Source of the DNA: a virus
Lineage: Duplodnaviria > Caudoviricetes
Strand: one strand, 5' to 3'
Length of the DNA: 64,000 nucleotides
IMG/VR virus record: IMGVR_UViG_3300011226_000001
Span: 1 to 64,000 of that record
Notes under the pieces: generated by a model
Told to the model about the DNA's origin: nothing
Databases searched by the model: none
What the model saw: the letters and a program-made list of their open reading frames with translations, nothing else
Part shown: positions 48,756 through 58,677 of the stretch, one piece after another
How positions within the stretch are numbered: position 1 is the first letter of the stretch
Layout of the letters: every line of letters starts with the position of its first letter
Program-made: the position numbers and the translations under genes

Positions 48756-50264
48756 CTAAGCTACGTCATACGATTTACGCTTCTTCTTTTTCTTCGGCAA
48801 ATCGTCATCGTCGTCATCATCGCTATCGTTACCTGAATTGAGGAACGCAGCAGCACCACGACGAGACTTCTTAATCTCAATCTTATCCTTCTTCTTGAAA
48901 TTACCTTTTCCGAATTTCTTCTTGGACGCTCCGCCGCCTTCCATATCATCAGCAGAGATTGCTTTCGACTTCGGAACTTCTGTGCCCTCTTCTGCATCTT
49001 CAACACGCATTTTCTCAAACACGTCTTTCAGAGGCATTTCGAACAGTTCACCATCACGCGCTTTCATTACCTGAACAGGAATGATTTTACCTTCACGCAC
49101 TTCTGGGTCAGAGTAGTTCCATGCCCACACAACGTCGGCGTGCTCACGCATACCTCCAGAGTAACGAATACGTCCAGACTGATCATCAAGCTGACACAGG
49201 ATAACAACAAGCTGACCTGTTGCGGACGCGTGTACTTTCGCTTTACGAACAACGGTAGACAGTTCTCGCCACTGGTTGTCGTTGTCGATACCTTCAAGCA
49301 GACCAACGTAGTCAATGAACGTTACGTGTACGCCATATGGAATCGACATATACAGAACGTCATCAATCGACATGCCCCGCTCAGGTGAAGTGAACGAGTT
49401 ACGTCCCTTCGACTTGCTCATGAGCTTGTCATACTTCTTCGCGGCTTTCAGCAGTTCTTTCTGCTCACGCTGCGAGAGTTTACCCTGCTTGATCTTCCAG
49501 AAGTCGATGCCACTGATCATGGACAGCATACGCTTCATTTCCTGCTCGGCGGTCATTTCGAGAGTGACCTTGAGACAGTGAATGCCATTGATCTTTGCCA
49601 TACGGTCTGCGATGTTCATTGACAACACAGACTTACCGCCGGACGTTGAACCAGCTAACAACACTACACCAGTCGTCGGCCAACCGCCGTTCTTCTTGTC
49701 GTAGCTTGTGAAACCGGTCTTGTACATCACTTCTTTCGGGTTAGTGATTACCTGCTTCGCTAACTTGGTCGCGTTCGACTTCTTGCCACCAAACGTCCAG
49801 ACTTTCTCTGTCGTTCGTGTGCCACGCTGCGCTTGCCCGAGCTTATCTGCCAGCTCTTGCATATACGTCTGCTCGTCGAACTCTTCCGGGTCAGCCTCAC
49901 CGAAGTCTTTGGCAATCATCTTACCCAGGTTCATGATATCACGACGCTGGCGATACTTTTCCAGACTGTCGTAAATCTTATCAAACCCTTTCATGGTCTT
50001 CGCTGGCATTTCCTCTGCTTCACGCAGACTGTCCCTGAACTCCTCGCTCAGGTTAGGATCTTCCAGCAAGTCATCCCATTCAATTATTTCGCTTTTGACT
50101 TCCACCAGCTTAGTTATGCGGCGGAATGCCTTGCGAGTGACTTCCGAACTAAAGTGAGAAACGCCAAGACGGCCCATCATGGCCGTCCTGTATGCTTCCT
50201 TAATCTTTGGGTTCGTGACAGTTCGAATGGCCCTAACTTCAAGGCCAAGCGAAAACATTTCCAT
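48756..50264 (-). CDS. dnaB: DnaB-like replicative helicase
   Basis: GSTSGGKS, TLEM, FIDYVGL, LCQL, YSG..EHAD, KARDG. Confidence 0.9.
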   Translation of the reverse strand: MEMFSLGLEVRAIRTVTNPKIKEAYRTAMMGRLGVSHFSSEVTRKAFRRITKLVEVKSEIIEWDDLLEDPNLSEEFRDSLREAEEMPAKTMKGFDKIYDSLEKYRQRRDIMNLGKMIAKDFGEADPEEFDEQTYMQELADKLGQAQRGTRTTEKVWTFGGKKSNATKLAKQVITNPKEVMYKTGFTSYDKKNGGWPTTGVVLLAGSTSGGKSVLSMNIADRMAKINGIHCLKVTLEMTAEQEMKRMLSMISGIDFWKIKQGKLSQREQKELLKAAKKYDKLMSKSKGRNSFTSPERGMSIDDVLYMSIPYGVHVTFIDYVGLLEGIDNDNQWRELSTVVRKAKVHASATGQLVVILCQLDDQSGRIRYSGGMREHADVVWAWNYSDPEVREGKIIPVQVMKARDGELFEMPLKDVFEKMRVEDAEEGTEVPKSKAISADDMEGGGASKKKFGKGNFKKKDKIEIKKSRRGAAAFLNSGNDSDDDDDDDLPKKKKKRKSYDVA

Positions 50265-50272
50265 TTACGCCC

Positions 50273-50665
50273 CTACTGCAACAAGCGGGTGATATGAGGT
50301 CGAGTCGATTCTACTTCTGCGATCCAATTATCCATCGCTTCGTTTGAATTAACGCGACATACGCGATTTGCTTTCAAGTCTGCACGAGGCACGAACACAG
50401 AGAGCGAGTTGAATGCTGCCGGTGCTTTGAGCGCACTGATAGCAGACTTCACATCTTCTTTGTTCAGTCCATACTTCTGGCTCAGTTCAAACACCAGACG
50501 ATTAACTTGCATCATGCCATTACGATTTACAGTCTTATACACGAGATACAACACGGTACGCTTATAGTCCTCGTCCAGCTGAGGGCGAGTGAACAGGGCG
50601 AGAGCACAACGCTCTACGTCAGTGTTAATGATTGCAGCTTGCATAACTATATGGTGACCTCTCAT
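50273..50665 (-). CDS. hypothetical protein (possible winged helix)
   Basis: 130 aa between the helicase and the sigma-like gene. Confidence 0.55.
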   Translation of the reverse strand: MRGHHIVMQAAIINTDVERCALALFTRPQLDEDYKRTVLYLVYKTVNRNGMMQVNRLVFELSQKYGLNKEDVKSAISALKAPAAFNSLSVFVPRADLKANRVCRVNSNEAMDNWIAEVESTRPHITRLLQ

Positions 50666-51801
50666 GCTACCTGTAATGAACTACGTAATGTTTCCAGACC
50701 GCCTGTTACAGCGTCAACGCTAACCTCAAGCCACTTGGCCAGAGTCTTGCGTATGAACTTCGTAGGCTTAGCCATGATCCACTGGGTGGCACATGTCATG
50801 GTCTGTTTCAGCATTCCGTTCTCACGCAGATATTCGGTGAACTCGACACAATCACGACCGAGTACCGTTTGATACAGCTTGTGGCGTTTCGTTCCCTCCG
50901 AATCTTCCAGCAGACGATTGATGGTCAGATTGTTTTCCATCTGCTCGGTGTGTACGCGAGCATCCTCACCCAACATGTCTTCGTAAGTGTTCGCCGAGTC
51001 ATCTTCTGGATTGTGCCACATCTGATTATCAGACATAACGACAATCTCATACTTGTCCTCGCCTACTTTCTTCATACGCTTGCGCTTCTCAGCACCGTAG
51101 TAGTTGTTCATGTTGTTAATGCGGTTCGTCAGTGACGCACGAAGATAGTTAAGCTGGTGGCCCTCGCTAAAGCGATTTGGCAAGGATTGATAATACGACA
51201 ACAACACCTTGCACATAATGTCACACGTCAGGTCTGCCATCGGGATGTTGTGGCTTACTGACACCCACTGCAAATTCTTACGGCATAAACGCTTCGCGCT
51301 GCGGTGAATCTCACCGAACAGGCTTGCGGTTTGATCGAGGCGAAGACGCAACTCACGGCTACTGACCATAGTGATATCAAGACCACCTTTGGACTTCGCT
51401 CGCGCTTTCGCACAACGACGAATCTGTGAGCGTTGCGTGTCGTGCTTGAGAATCAGATTCCACGCCAACACTGCTTCACGCTTTGACAGACCGTATGCTG
51501 CATACTGCTGAATGATATCTCGCGGTGACTTATGTAGACAAACAGCGAGAACAAAGAAACGCATCTTCAACGTGAAACGACAAATCGAAGATAGTTCAAT
51601 ACGCAAGTCAGGTGCAGTAAATTCAAACTGCTTAAAATCGACGGCTGCTTGCAAGTCGCGGTGATAACCCGCGATAGATTTATACCCGCTGCCCACGTAA
51701 CGAATCGTCGCAGCGTATACTCGTTGGAACGCCTCTGAGGTTTCCTCAATACCCAGACGCTGTGCCAGATAAGCATTAAGACCTAATTCTTCTGTGATCA
51801 T
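50662..51801 (-). CDS. putative phage sigma-like transcription factor
   Basis: Region-2-like DL...I...Y...NYLRASLTNRINN and C-terminal HTH LAKWLEVSVDAV. Confidence 0.4.
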   Translation of the reverse strand: MITEELGLNAYLAQRLGIEETSEAFQRVYAATIRYVGSGYKSIAGYHRDLQAAVDFKQFEFTAPDLRIELSSICRFTLKMRFFVLAVCLHKSPRDIIQQYAAYGLSKREAVLAWNLILKHDTQRSQIRRCAKARAKSKGGLDITMVSSRELRLRLDQTASLFGEIHRSAKRLCRKNLQWVSVSHNIPMADLTCDIMCKVLLSYYQSLPNRFSEGHQLNYLRASLTNRINNMNNYYGAEKRKRMKKVGEDKYEIVVMSDNQMWHNPEDDSANTYEDMLGEDARVHTEQMENNLTINRLLEDSEGTKRHKLYQTVLGRDCVEFTEYLRENGMLKQTMTCATQWIMAKPTKFIRKTLAKWLEVSVDAVTGGLETLRSSLQVA

Positions 51802-51855
51802 GTTTTCCGAGATCCTGTTCGTATAGTTTGAAGTTATGCTGTGCTTAGATCTTAA

Positions 51856-52728
51856 TTACAGGTCGCCGAGTTCGACAACGCCGTTCTTACCGACACGGAG
51901 TTTCTTCTTCTTATCTTTCGACTTGTAGGAGTTACCACCGAGGCTCATAACACCAGACTCGTCTTGCTCTGCACCCATGTCATGACCGTTCTCGATCATC
52001 GACACGATATCCACCAGCGTCTGAGTCTTACGACCTTTACGCTTACCGCCACGGCCTTTCGTCACATCTTCCATCAGAGGAATTGAGAAGCCATCGAGTG
52101 AACTTGGTGCGGAGAAGTTAACGTTATCTTCTTGCGGAAGATTACGTTTAGCGGTTTTGATCTCTTGCTCAGGGTCGATCAGCTTGCCAGCTTTGATCAT
52201 CTCTGCGCGTAACTTAGCAAATTGCTTCTTCGTATATACGGACGGACCATTGAAGCCGTTGTTCGCATACGTCAGAACGATATCGCCTTTCTCGGAAATA
52301 AGACGAATCGAATCTGCGTCTACGTCAAGCACACGCGCTGCCATGAAGTTGTTCAGGTAGTTGCGTGTCTCACGACCACGATAACGCACAAATACAGCTT
52401 GTCCCATCTTCACGCCATGACGACGTGTTTTAGATTCTGACAGCAACATACCAGCAACGACTCGCAGGTCTTTGTCAGACATTTTACGGAACGTGTTAAA
52501 CAGAGCAACCAGCGTATCACCGTGTTCGGTCATCAACTCAGTCAGCGATTGGCTGTCAGAACGATAGTGTTTGCAGATCTTAGAATCTGCTAACTGACCT
52601 TGTGTAGCACACGGCTTTTCGGCAGTCGGCAACAGAGCATCACGAGTCAGACCTCGGCAGTCACCACAGGTGAGTTCGCTTTTTACGAGTGCTTTGATGT
52701 CCAGAGTGCGTACTTTTTGATTCGCCAT
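51856..52728 (-). CDS. hypothetical Cys-motif protein
   Basis: CGDC...C...C at the N-terminus, 290 aa. Confidence 0.6.
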   Translation of the reverse strand: MANQKVRTLDIKALVKSELTCGDCRGLTRDALLPTAEKPCATQGQLADSKICKHYRSDSQSLTELMTEHGDTLVALFNTFRKMSDKDLRVVAGMLLSESKTRRHGVKMGQAVFVRYRGRETRNYLNNFMAARVLDVDADSIRLISEKGDIVLTYANNGFNGPSVYTKKQFAKLRAEMIKAGKLIDPEQEIKTAKRNLPQEDNVNFSAPSSLDGFSIPLMEDVTKGRGGKRKGRKTQTLVDIVSMIENGHDMGAEQDESGVMSLGGNSYKSKDKKKKLRVGKNGVVELGDL

Positions 52729-53203
52729 TTTTTAACCCCTTTGTTTTCAATGTTGTCTCAATGCAGAGGCGTAACACTTGGCTCATATTAGTAATGCCAG
52801 GTGTATCACGCTTCAAGAGTTCGAGAGCATGTCTGGTTTCCATGTCAACTTTAATCATCGGCAACAGCACTTCTTTCTGTCCAGGCTGTACCGGTGGGTT
52901 GAGCATCGCATCTACCAGAATGCTTAGCCATGGTTGTGCTCTATTTTCTGCTTCGGGGTCATCCCAAAACGTACCGATAGGTTGCTTACGGTTACCTGCT
53001 AACTTCGCTACCACTGCTTCGGCTTTTGCGTGAAGCGTTGTGTGGCAGTCACCGTCTATTGGGATTTGAAGCGAAAGCTCGCCTCCCAGTGAGCGGGGCA
53101 CTGTGTGGTGATAGTGAATCGCTCTGCTGAATTTACCGCAGATGATACACTGTGTCAAATCACCTTTCGTAGCCGCCGGCAGTCGGTTTTCGTTGTTAGC
53201 CAT
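52661..53203 (-). CDS. HNH-motif protein
   Basis: CIICG..HYHHTVPRSLGG..DCHTTLH. Confidence 0.65.
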   Translation of the reverse strand: MANNENRLPAATKGDLTQCIICGKFSRAIHYHHTVPRSLGGELSLQIPIDGDCHTTLHAKAEAVVAKLAGNRKQPIGTFWDDPEAENRAQPWLSILVDAMLNPPVQPGQKEVLLPMIKVDMETRHALELLKRDTPGITNMSQVLRLCIETTLKTKGLKNGESKSTHSGHQSTRKKRTHLW

Positions 53204-54470
53204 TAGTCCACGGTAGGAACCAGTTCTGCAACTTCACGTCGCCGCCTGTATGGCGCAGCAACAAGTTGATCGCTGATTTCTCCATAAGCCAAGCACAATG
53301 CACGTCACTGTCTTTCATCACGCCACGTAACGGCATCGTGGTGAATAGACCGAGTGTGCTACTGCTTTTCTCGTTGAGCATATCGACAATGGGGTTTAGA
53401 TAGTCAAGCATCGCGTGGTCGTTGCTCGTCTTCATCTGACGGAACACGCGCTCTTTGGAATTGCTCAGACGAACTTTGCTTTCCATCGCTTCCAGCTTCG
53501 CTGTGATTTCGTCAATGTTTTCCTGCGACTCTGCGATCTGTTCGCGGATAGCACGACGAGCTTTAAGCGATTTCGCCTGCTCCAAAAGCTGATTCAGCTT
53601 CTTGAGTTCACGGCGTTCTGTGTTGCGTTCTTTCTGGAGGCGTTTGCGTTCGACGAGAGTACCATCAAGCATCTTGTGATCTTTCACGGCTTCTTCTGCT
53701 ACGCCTTTCGCGTCGGACATGCGGAAGAACAACAGAAGCTGGTTTTCAAAAATGATGCCGAGGTCGGAGCTTGGGGTTGAGTGCAGACCGGCAGTTTCGA
53801 TTTTGAAACCCATGCGTGTTAACGATTCAGGACTCATGGCGAGTGTTCCGAACCGAGCCATCACAGGAAGTTGAACTATCTGAATTGAGTGTTTGAACGT
53901 TCTCGGTACTTTGTGGCTGTACGCGTCCTTGAGTCGCTTGAGTACACGACTGGTCTTCGCAGTCGCTGCGTCTTCGCGTTGCTCACGACGAACAGCTTTG
54001 TCGGTCGATTCCTGCTCGTAGATTTCCTCTGCTACCTTCTGGAATGAATCCAAGTCGGTGCTACCATCTGCGTTCTTCTTCACATCATCGAGCGTTACGA
54101 CTTTGCGAGACTCAGGCAGATAGCCGAGACAGGACTTAGCTAACGATACGTCAGCTTCAAACGACTTCACAATTTCACCGAGCTTTTCCATCAGTTCGCG
54201 GGGCTTGATGCGTTTAGCCACCACTTGTTCTGACAGGCTGAGGCAGGTGGTGCAAGTTGCGCGGACAGAATCACGCAGTTGCAGTACATCTGGGTATGAC
54301 TTATAAGTATTACTCTTTAATGCCTTTGTAAGATCCGCTAAAACAGACGACGGATGTCCTAATGAATCAACAACATGCTGGCGTTTCAAATTGAGACCTG
54401 AACGGAGCTTAGTCAGTGTTCCAATGACCTGCTCTAAACCAGCTTTAAGGTTGCTTACCTGATTTTTCAT
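53196..54470 (-). CDS. hypothetical coiled-coil protein
   Basis: 424 aa with long heptad regions. Confidence 0.65.
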   Translation of the reverse strand: MKNQVSNLKAGLEQVIGTLTKLRSGLNLKRQHVVDSLGHPSSVLADLTKALKSNTYKSYPDVLQLRDSVRATCTTCLSLSEQVVAKRIKPRELMEKLGEIVKSFEADVSLAKSCLGYLPESRKVVTLDDVKKNADGSTDLDSFQKVAEEIYEQESTDKAVRREQREDAATAKTSRVLKRLKDAYSHKVPRTFKHSIQIVQLPVMARFGTLAMSPESLTRMGFKIETAGLHSTPSSDLGIIFENQLLLFFRMSDAKGVAEEAVKDHKMLDGTLVERKRLQKERNTERRELKKLNQLLEQAKSLKARRAIREQIAESQENIDEITAKLEAMESKVRLSNSKERVFRQMKTSNDHAMLDYLNPIVDMLNEKSSSTLGLFTTMPLRGVMKDSDVHCAWLMEKSAINLLLRHTGGDVKLQNWFLPWTNG

Positions 54471-54750
54471 CTATGGATTTCCAAACTTCACTAAGAGTTG
54501 AGGACCATTGCTGCTGGTCCTAGCGACACTTCGAATGCCAATGTTGCATAAGCATATTAGCATTACGTGGGTCGATTATAGTATAGGTCGAGGGGCTCTC
54601 CCAGAGAATGCCTCGCCAGAATTGGCCTTTTTTAGGCTCAGTTTATTTTACCCTTGAGTTTCCAAATTGCTGCGTTGCGCTACGCTACCCTCCTGTTGTG
54701 TTTCGAGTAGCTCGATAATCTCCCAATTATCGTAGCTACCCATCTAGATC

Positions 54751-54779
54751 ATTATATCATAATCTGCTTTCAAATACAA
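54751..54779 (-). promoter_or_regulatory. sigma70-type promoter
   Basis: TTGTAT-17 nt-TATAAT with an extended TGn. Confidence 0.6.
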
Positions 54780-54823
54780 CCGCATTTCGTCCAAGAATAT
54801 GCTGAGTTGTATTTACAGATTTC

Positions 54824-56479
54824 TCAAAGACTTACCGGCAGCTTGTCGTCAGGTGATTTCAGATAAGCCTTAACTTTCGCGGCAGTACCATTAGCAGCAT
54901 ACTTGCCTGGCTCTTTCAGACCACATTTATACTCTGCAATCTCGGCCTTGATTTCTTTAATCTTGGCGACGAGTCCTGCACGTTCGAGTTTAGCCAGCTT
55001 ACGCACTTGACGGTCGAGAATGATCTTCGCATCGTCAACAGGAATCTTGCAGGCTTTCGCAAGAGCAGCATCAGGGTCTGCGGCTACCAGCACTTTAGGC
55101 AGCGCTTTGAGTAACTTGTCCATGTTGTCTACTGCCCACAAGTAAACCTCTTGCAGATGTAGGGCTTTCTCTGCTTTGGCCATCTTGTTTTTGAGCATCG
55201 CTATTTCTAGCTTAATGCGATACGCAACCCACGCTTTGAAGTAGTTCACATACGACAGATACATAAACTTGTTCGAGGCATCAGCACGGCGAACTGTCAC
55301 ACCCAGCGAGTAGTTGATCGCGGAGGTAACTTCACGCTGCACCTTAGTTGCGAGTTCATACAGCACATCGTCACTACCACGACACTTGATAGCGAACGCT
55401 GCGCCCCACGGACCGGCATCTTTGTTCTTCTTCGAGCTGGCGTTTGACGCAGACACAACACCAGGCCACTCTGCAATCTTCTCCAGCTTCTTGGTGATAG
55501 TTGCGTTGTTAGACATACCGCCTGGCACATACGTTTGAATCGTGATCGTCTTCGTCTTCTCGTCGATCTTCATCTGCGGTTCGTATGTGACTTTACCGCG
55601 GCCTGTAGACATGAGCGCGAGGAAGTCTTCATCAGAGCTTACGTCGAGACAGCCATACTCATGATTGACTTTGAGCGTGTCCGCGAGTTTCTTCGCGCTG
55701 TACTCTTTGCCATTGAGCATATCACACACGACTTTCGCAACTGACGTAAAGCTGAACGATGGGTTACCGCACTTAACGCCGTACGCAGGCGCTGGCACAC
55801 TACCGTTGAACAACATGTACGGTAACAGTGCAGGCAGATACAGAGGTATCTTCATATCGTTCGAGAAGTTGTCCACCATCGGTGTTACTTCGAGATAGTC
55901 AGGGTCGAGCAAGAAGCTACCCGCGAACTTACTCATTTTCGCTTCGGTATAACGCATCGCAGCAGCAGGCGCTACAGGGTCACCCCAGTTACCTTGACCC
56001 GCTACAGCAGGAGGCACTGTGTTTGCAATCGTTACCATCGCACCGTAGCAAGCAGCATCGCCGTGTGGGTGATACTTACCTAACGCATCACCAACAGTAC
56101 GCGCAGCTTTCTTGAAAGCACCGCCAGGGCGTAACCCCAAGTCTGACAGCGACCAGAGTAATGCACGGTGAACGGGCTTGAGGCCGTCACGATAGTCAGC
56201 GATAGCACGGTCCTCAACAACGTATGAACCGTACTGGAAGAGAGCGCGTCGCGTGTAGTCAGCAAGGTTCTCGTCACGAATGAGGGACTCGTCTTGACCA
56301 ATCATCGGGTACAGCGAAGTACCTGTAGCAGTCTCAACTACTTCGCCTTTCTTCTTTTTCTTTTTCGGCAAGTCATCGGCAGCTACTGCTTTCGATTTTG
56401 ACTTCAACTTAACCTTTGCAGGTTTCGCTACCGCAGTCGATTTCTTTTCGACTTTAACTTTCTTCGGCTTAACTGCCAT
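54824..56479 (-). CDS. gyrA: type IIA topoisomerase subunit A (GyrA/ParC-like, no CTD pinwheel)
   Basis: DGLKPVHR, GKYHPHGD, AAAMRYTE. Confidence 0.93.
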   Translation of the reverse strand: MAVKPKKVKVEKKSTAVAKPAKVKLKSKSKAVAADDLPKKKKKKGEVVETATGTSLYPMIGQDESLIRDENLADYTRRALFQYGSYVVEDRAIADYRDGLKPVHRALLWSLSDLGLRPGGAFKKAARTVGDALGKYHPHGDAACYGAMVTIANTVPPAVAGQGNWGDPVAPAAAMRYTEAKMSKFAGSFLLDPDYLEVTPMVDNFSNDMKIPLYLPALLPYMLFNGSVPAPAYGVKCGNPSFSFTSVAKVVCDMLNGKEYSAKKLADTLKVNHEYGCLDVSSDEDFLALMSTGRGKVTYEPQMKIDEKTKTITIQTYVPGGMSNNATITKKLEKIAEWPGVVSASNASSKKNKDAGPWGAAFAIKCRGSDDVLYELATKVQREVTSAINYSLGVTVRRADASNKFMYLSYVNYFKAWVAYRIKLEIAMLKNKMAKAEKALHLQEVYLWAVDNMDKLLKALPKVLVAADPDAALAKACKIPVDDAKIILDRQVRKLAKLERAGLVAKIKEIKAEIAEYKCGLKEPGKYAANGTAAKVKAYLKSPDDKLPVSL

Positions 56480-56480
56480 G

Positions 56481-57230
56481 TTATTCCTCCAGACCCAGCA
56501 GACGACGACGATGGACTGCATCTTCTGCAAGTACACCTCGGAAGAAACGCTCCTGCTCAACGCTAGTGAACGGGTTCACGCGAATCAAGCGGCGAGTCTT
56601 CGGATTGAATGAGATCGCTTCGAGCACGTCAGGTTCAACTTCACCCCAACCTTTTGCACGAACGATTTCTTTATCTTTTACAGCAGCAGGAGCTTTCGCT
56701 CGGCATTCTTCAAATGTCATGCCACCGTAGTGAATGCCTTTGTGCATCACGTTATACAGAGGCGCATCGACGATCCACACACGACCCTCTTTCATCAGGT
56801 CAGGCAGCAGTCGATAGATAACGCCGAGGAACAACGTTGCGATGTGGAATCCATCAGGGTCAGCATCCATCAGGAACAACAGGTTGCCGATACGCAGATT
56901 CTTCGTGCTCAACTTCGGCGCTTCTGCTTTCGGGTCTAACGATTTCAGGTCAGCACCCACAGACACTAACATGCCCTGCACTTCTTTGTGCTTGAGTACG
57001 TCAGCGAGACTTGCTTTCAGACCGTTAAGCGGCTTACCACCAGCGAGCATAACTTCCTGATAGTCAGGGTTACGTGCGTGTTTGGCCGTGTTATGCACAA
57101 CGACGCCATTACCTAGCACGAAGTTATGATGCACAGGCATAGTCGCATCGTACACGGGAACTGGTGTGTCTAACTTCACGCGACGGACAGCTTTAACTGT
57201 CAAATTCGTCGTAGTAGAAGATGATTCCAT
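56481..57230 (-). CDS. gyrB: split-intein C fragment (47 aa, 57090-57230) fused to the GyrB C-terminal (TOPRIM) part
   Basis: AAGGAG RBS; VYDAT..HNFVLGNGVVVHN|TAKHARN; GKPLN, MDADPDG.HI, KGWGE. Confidence 0.9.
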   Translation of the reverse strand: MESSSTTTNLTVKAVRRVKLDTPVPVYDATMPVHHNFVLGNGVVVHNTAKHARNPDYQEVMLAGGKPLNGLKASLADVLKHKEVQGMLVSVGADLKSLDPKAEAPKLSTKNLRIGNLLFLMDADPDGFHIATLFLGVIYRLLPDLMKEGRVWIVDAPLYNVMHKGIHYGGMTFEECRAKAPAAVKDKEIVRAKGWGEVEPDVLEAISFNPKTRRLIRVNPFTSVEQERFFRGVLAEDAVHRRRLLGLEE

Positions 57231-57279
57231 TTTAGCTGTCTCCTTCGACAACAATGATAATTTAATCACATCAGAATCA

Positions 57280-57441
57280 TTAGTCAGGATTCTGGTTTTG
57301 TTCGTTCATGCGCTCGTTTTCTTCACGCTCGCGTTCATCTTCTTCCTCCTGACGCTCACGATATACTCGTTTGTCAGGGTCTTCGATAGATGGTGATTTG
57401 GTGCTGTCAGTATCGACGCTTAACGAAACATAAATCTTCAT
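57280..57441 (-). CDS. 53-aa charged peptide (not in ORF track)
   Basis: AAGGA RBS, CTGTAAATA motif upstream; MKIYVSLS...ERQEEEDEREREENER. Confidence 0.55.
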   Translation of the reverse strand: MKIYVSLSVDTDSTKSPSIEDPDKRVYRERQEEEDEREREENERMNEQNQNPD

Positions 57442-57468
57442 AGCTATTCCTTATTTACAGAGGTCTGT

Positions 57469-58677
57469 ATGAGCCTAATAAAAGCACACAAACGCTTGAG
57501 CAAGAAGTTTAGCAAAGAGTTCAAATCCCTAATGCCAATCTTCTTTGAGCAACGCGACAAGAAACAATGCAACGCACTTGTACGCGACTCATACCCAAAA
57601 CTGTTTGACGCTATCGAACAGGCAACAGGTTGCACTGTCTTTAAATTAGACCCAGCAGCGTTTCACACCTTACTTACTGGTGAGGTTGCTGCACAGTGCC
57701 ACAATAAAGGTTGCACGAATATGTGTGGCTACGATAAAGGCAAACGCAAGTACAAAGAGTTTTGCTCCAAGCAATGTGCCAACGCTAGCGGTGCTATCAA
57801 AGAACGGCGCGAAGCAACAATGCTCAAAAAGTACGGCGTTAAAAATGCGTATGCGGCACCAGAGATTCAAGCTAAGATTGCAAGCAAGAATATCGAGAAG
57901 TACGGAACAGCCAACGCATCGTCAAGCGACAAGGTAAAGCAGAAGCGCCGCAAGACTTTTCAAAAACGCTACGGCATCAATTCTCCTATGGAGAGTTCAG
58001 AGTTTCGTGGACGTCTGAAAGATTCCATACGTACTCGCTACGGTGTAGACAACGTAGCACAAAGTCCTGTAGTTCAAGCGAAGACAGAAGCAACGTGTAT
58101 TGAACGTTACGGTGTCTCTCGCGTTATGCACGACCCTGAGATCGCAGCGTACACACATAAGCGGTCAGTAGAAGGCAGCATGATGAAGTACGGTGTACCG
58201 AATGCGATGCTTCATCCAGACGTGCTAGCCAGGTGGCAAGACTCTCTGGGACGCAGAACTGAAATGACAATCTGCGGCAAGACAGTCTACGTTCAGGGCT
58301 ATGAGCGTTTCGTATTCGAACGTCTGCACCAACTCAAACCGTTTAAATCAATTACCACTCGTATGCCGCAGTCAGCAATGGTGCCTTATACTTTCAAAGG
58401 CAAGCAACGCAGATATGTTCCTGACGCTGCAATCAAACTGCCTGACGGCTCAGTACGCGTGGTCGAGGTAAAGAGCTGGTTCACGCTACGCAACGAAGCA
58501 AACGTAGAGAAGTTTAAGGCGGCAACCAAACACTTCAACGCTCGTGGTATAGACTTCGTAGTTATCATAGCGGAACCAGAATACGATTACATTCGCGTAA
58601 TAGTTAACCCGAAGAAAGGGCTCAAGTCACTTGTACGCACGGCACATCTTTTCAGTAGTGGCCGTCGAACTTGGTAA
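57469..58677 (+). CDS. free-standing putative homing endonuclease (KYG repeats plus PD-(D/E)XK domain)
   Basis: Zn motif, about six (K/R)YG(V/T/I) repeats, YVPD...VEVK; opposite strand inside the fractured gyrB. Confidence 0.75.
   Translation: MSLIKAHKRLSKKFSKEFKSLMPIFFEQRDKKQCNALVRDSYPKLFDAIEQATGCTVFKLDPAAFHTLLTGEVAAQCHNKGCTNMCGYDKGKRKYKEFCSKQCANASGAIKERREATMLKKYGVKNAYAAPEIQAKIASKNIEKYGTANASSSDKVKQKRRKTFQKRYGINSPMESSEFRGRLKDSIRTRYGVDNVAQSPVVQAKTEATCIERYGVSRVMHDPEIAAYTHKRSVEGSMMKYGVPNAMLHPDVLARWQDSLGRRTEMTICGKTVYVQGYERFVFERLHQLKPFKSITTRMPQSAMVPYTFKGKQRRYVPDAAIKLPDGSVRVVEVKSWFTLRNEANVEKFKAATKHFNARGIDFVVIIAEPEYDYIRVIVNPKKGLKSLVRTAHLFSSGRRTW

Noticed and set aside
2705-56115. Many + strand ORFs in the track (e.g. 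40424..41371, 29512..30201, 11610..12326)
   Set aside because: They are antisense shadows of well-supported - strand genes, with no recognisable motifs.
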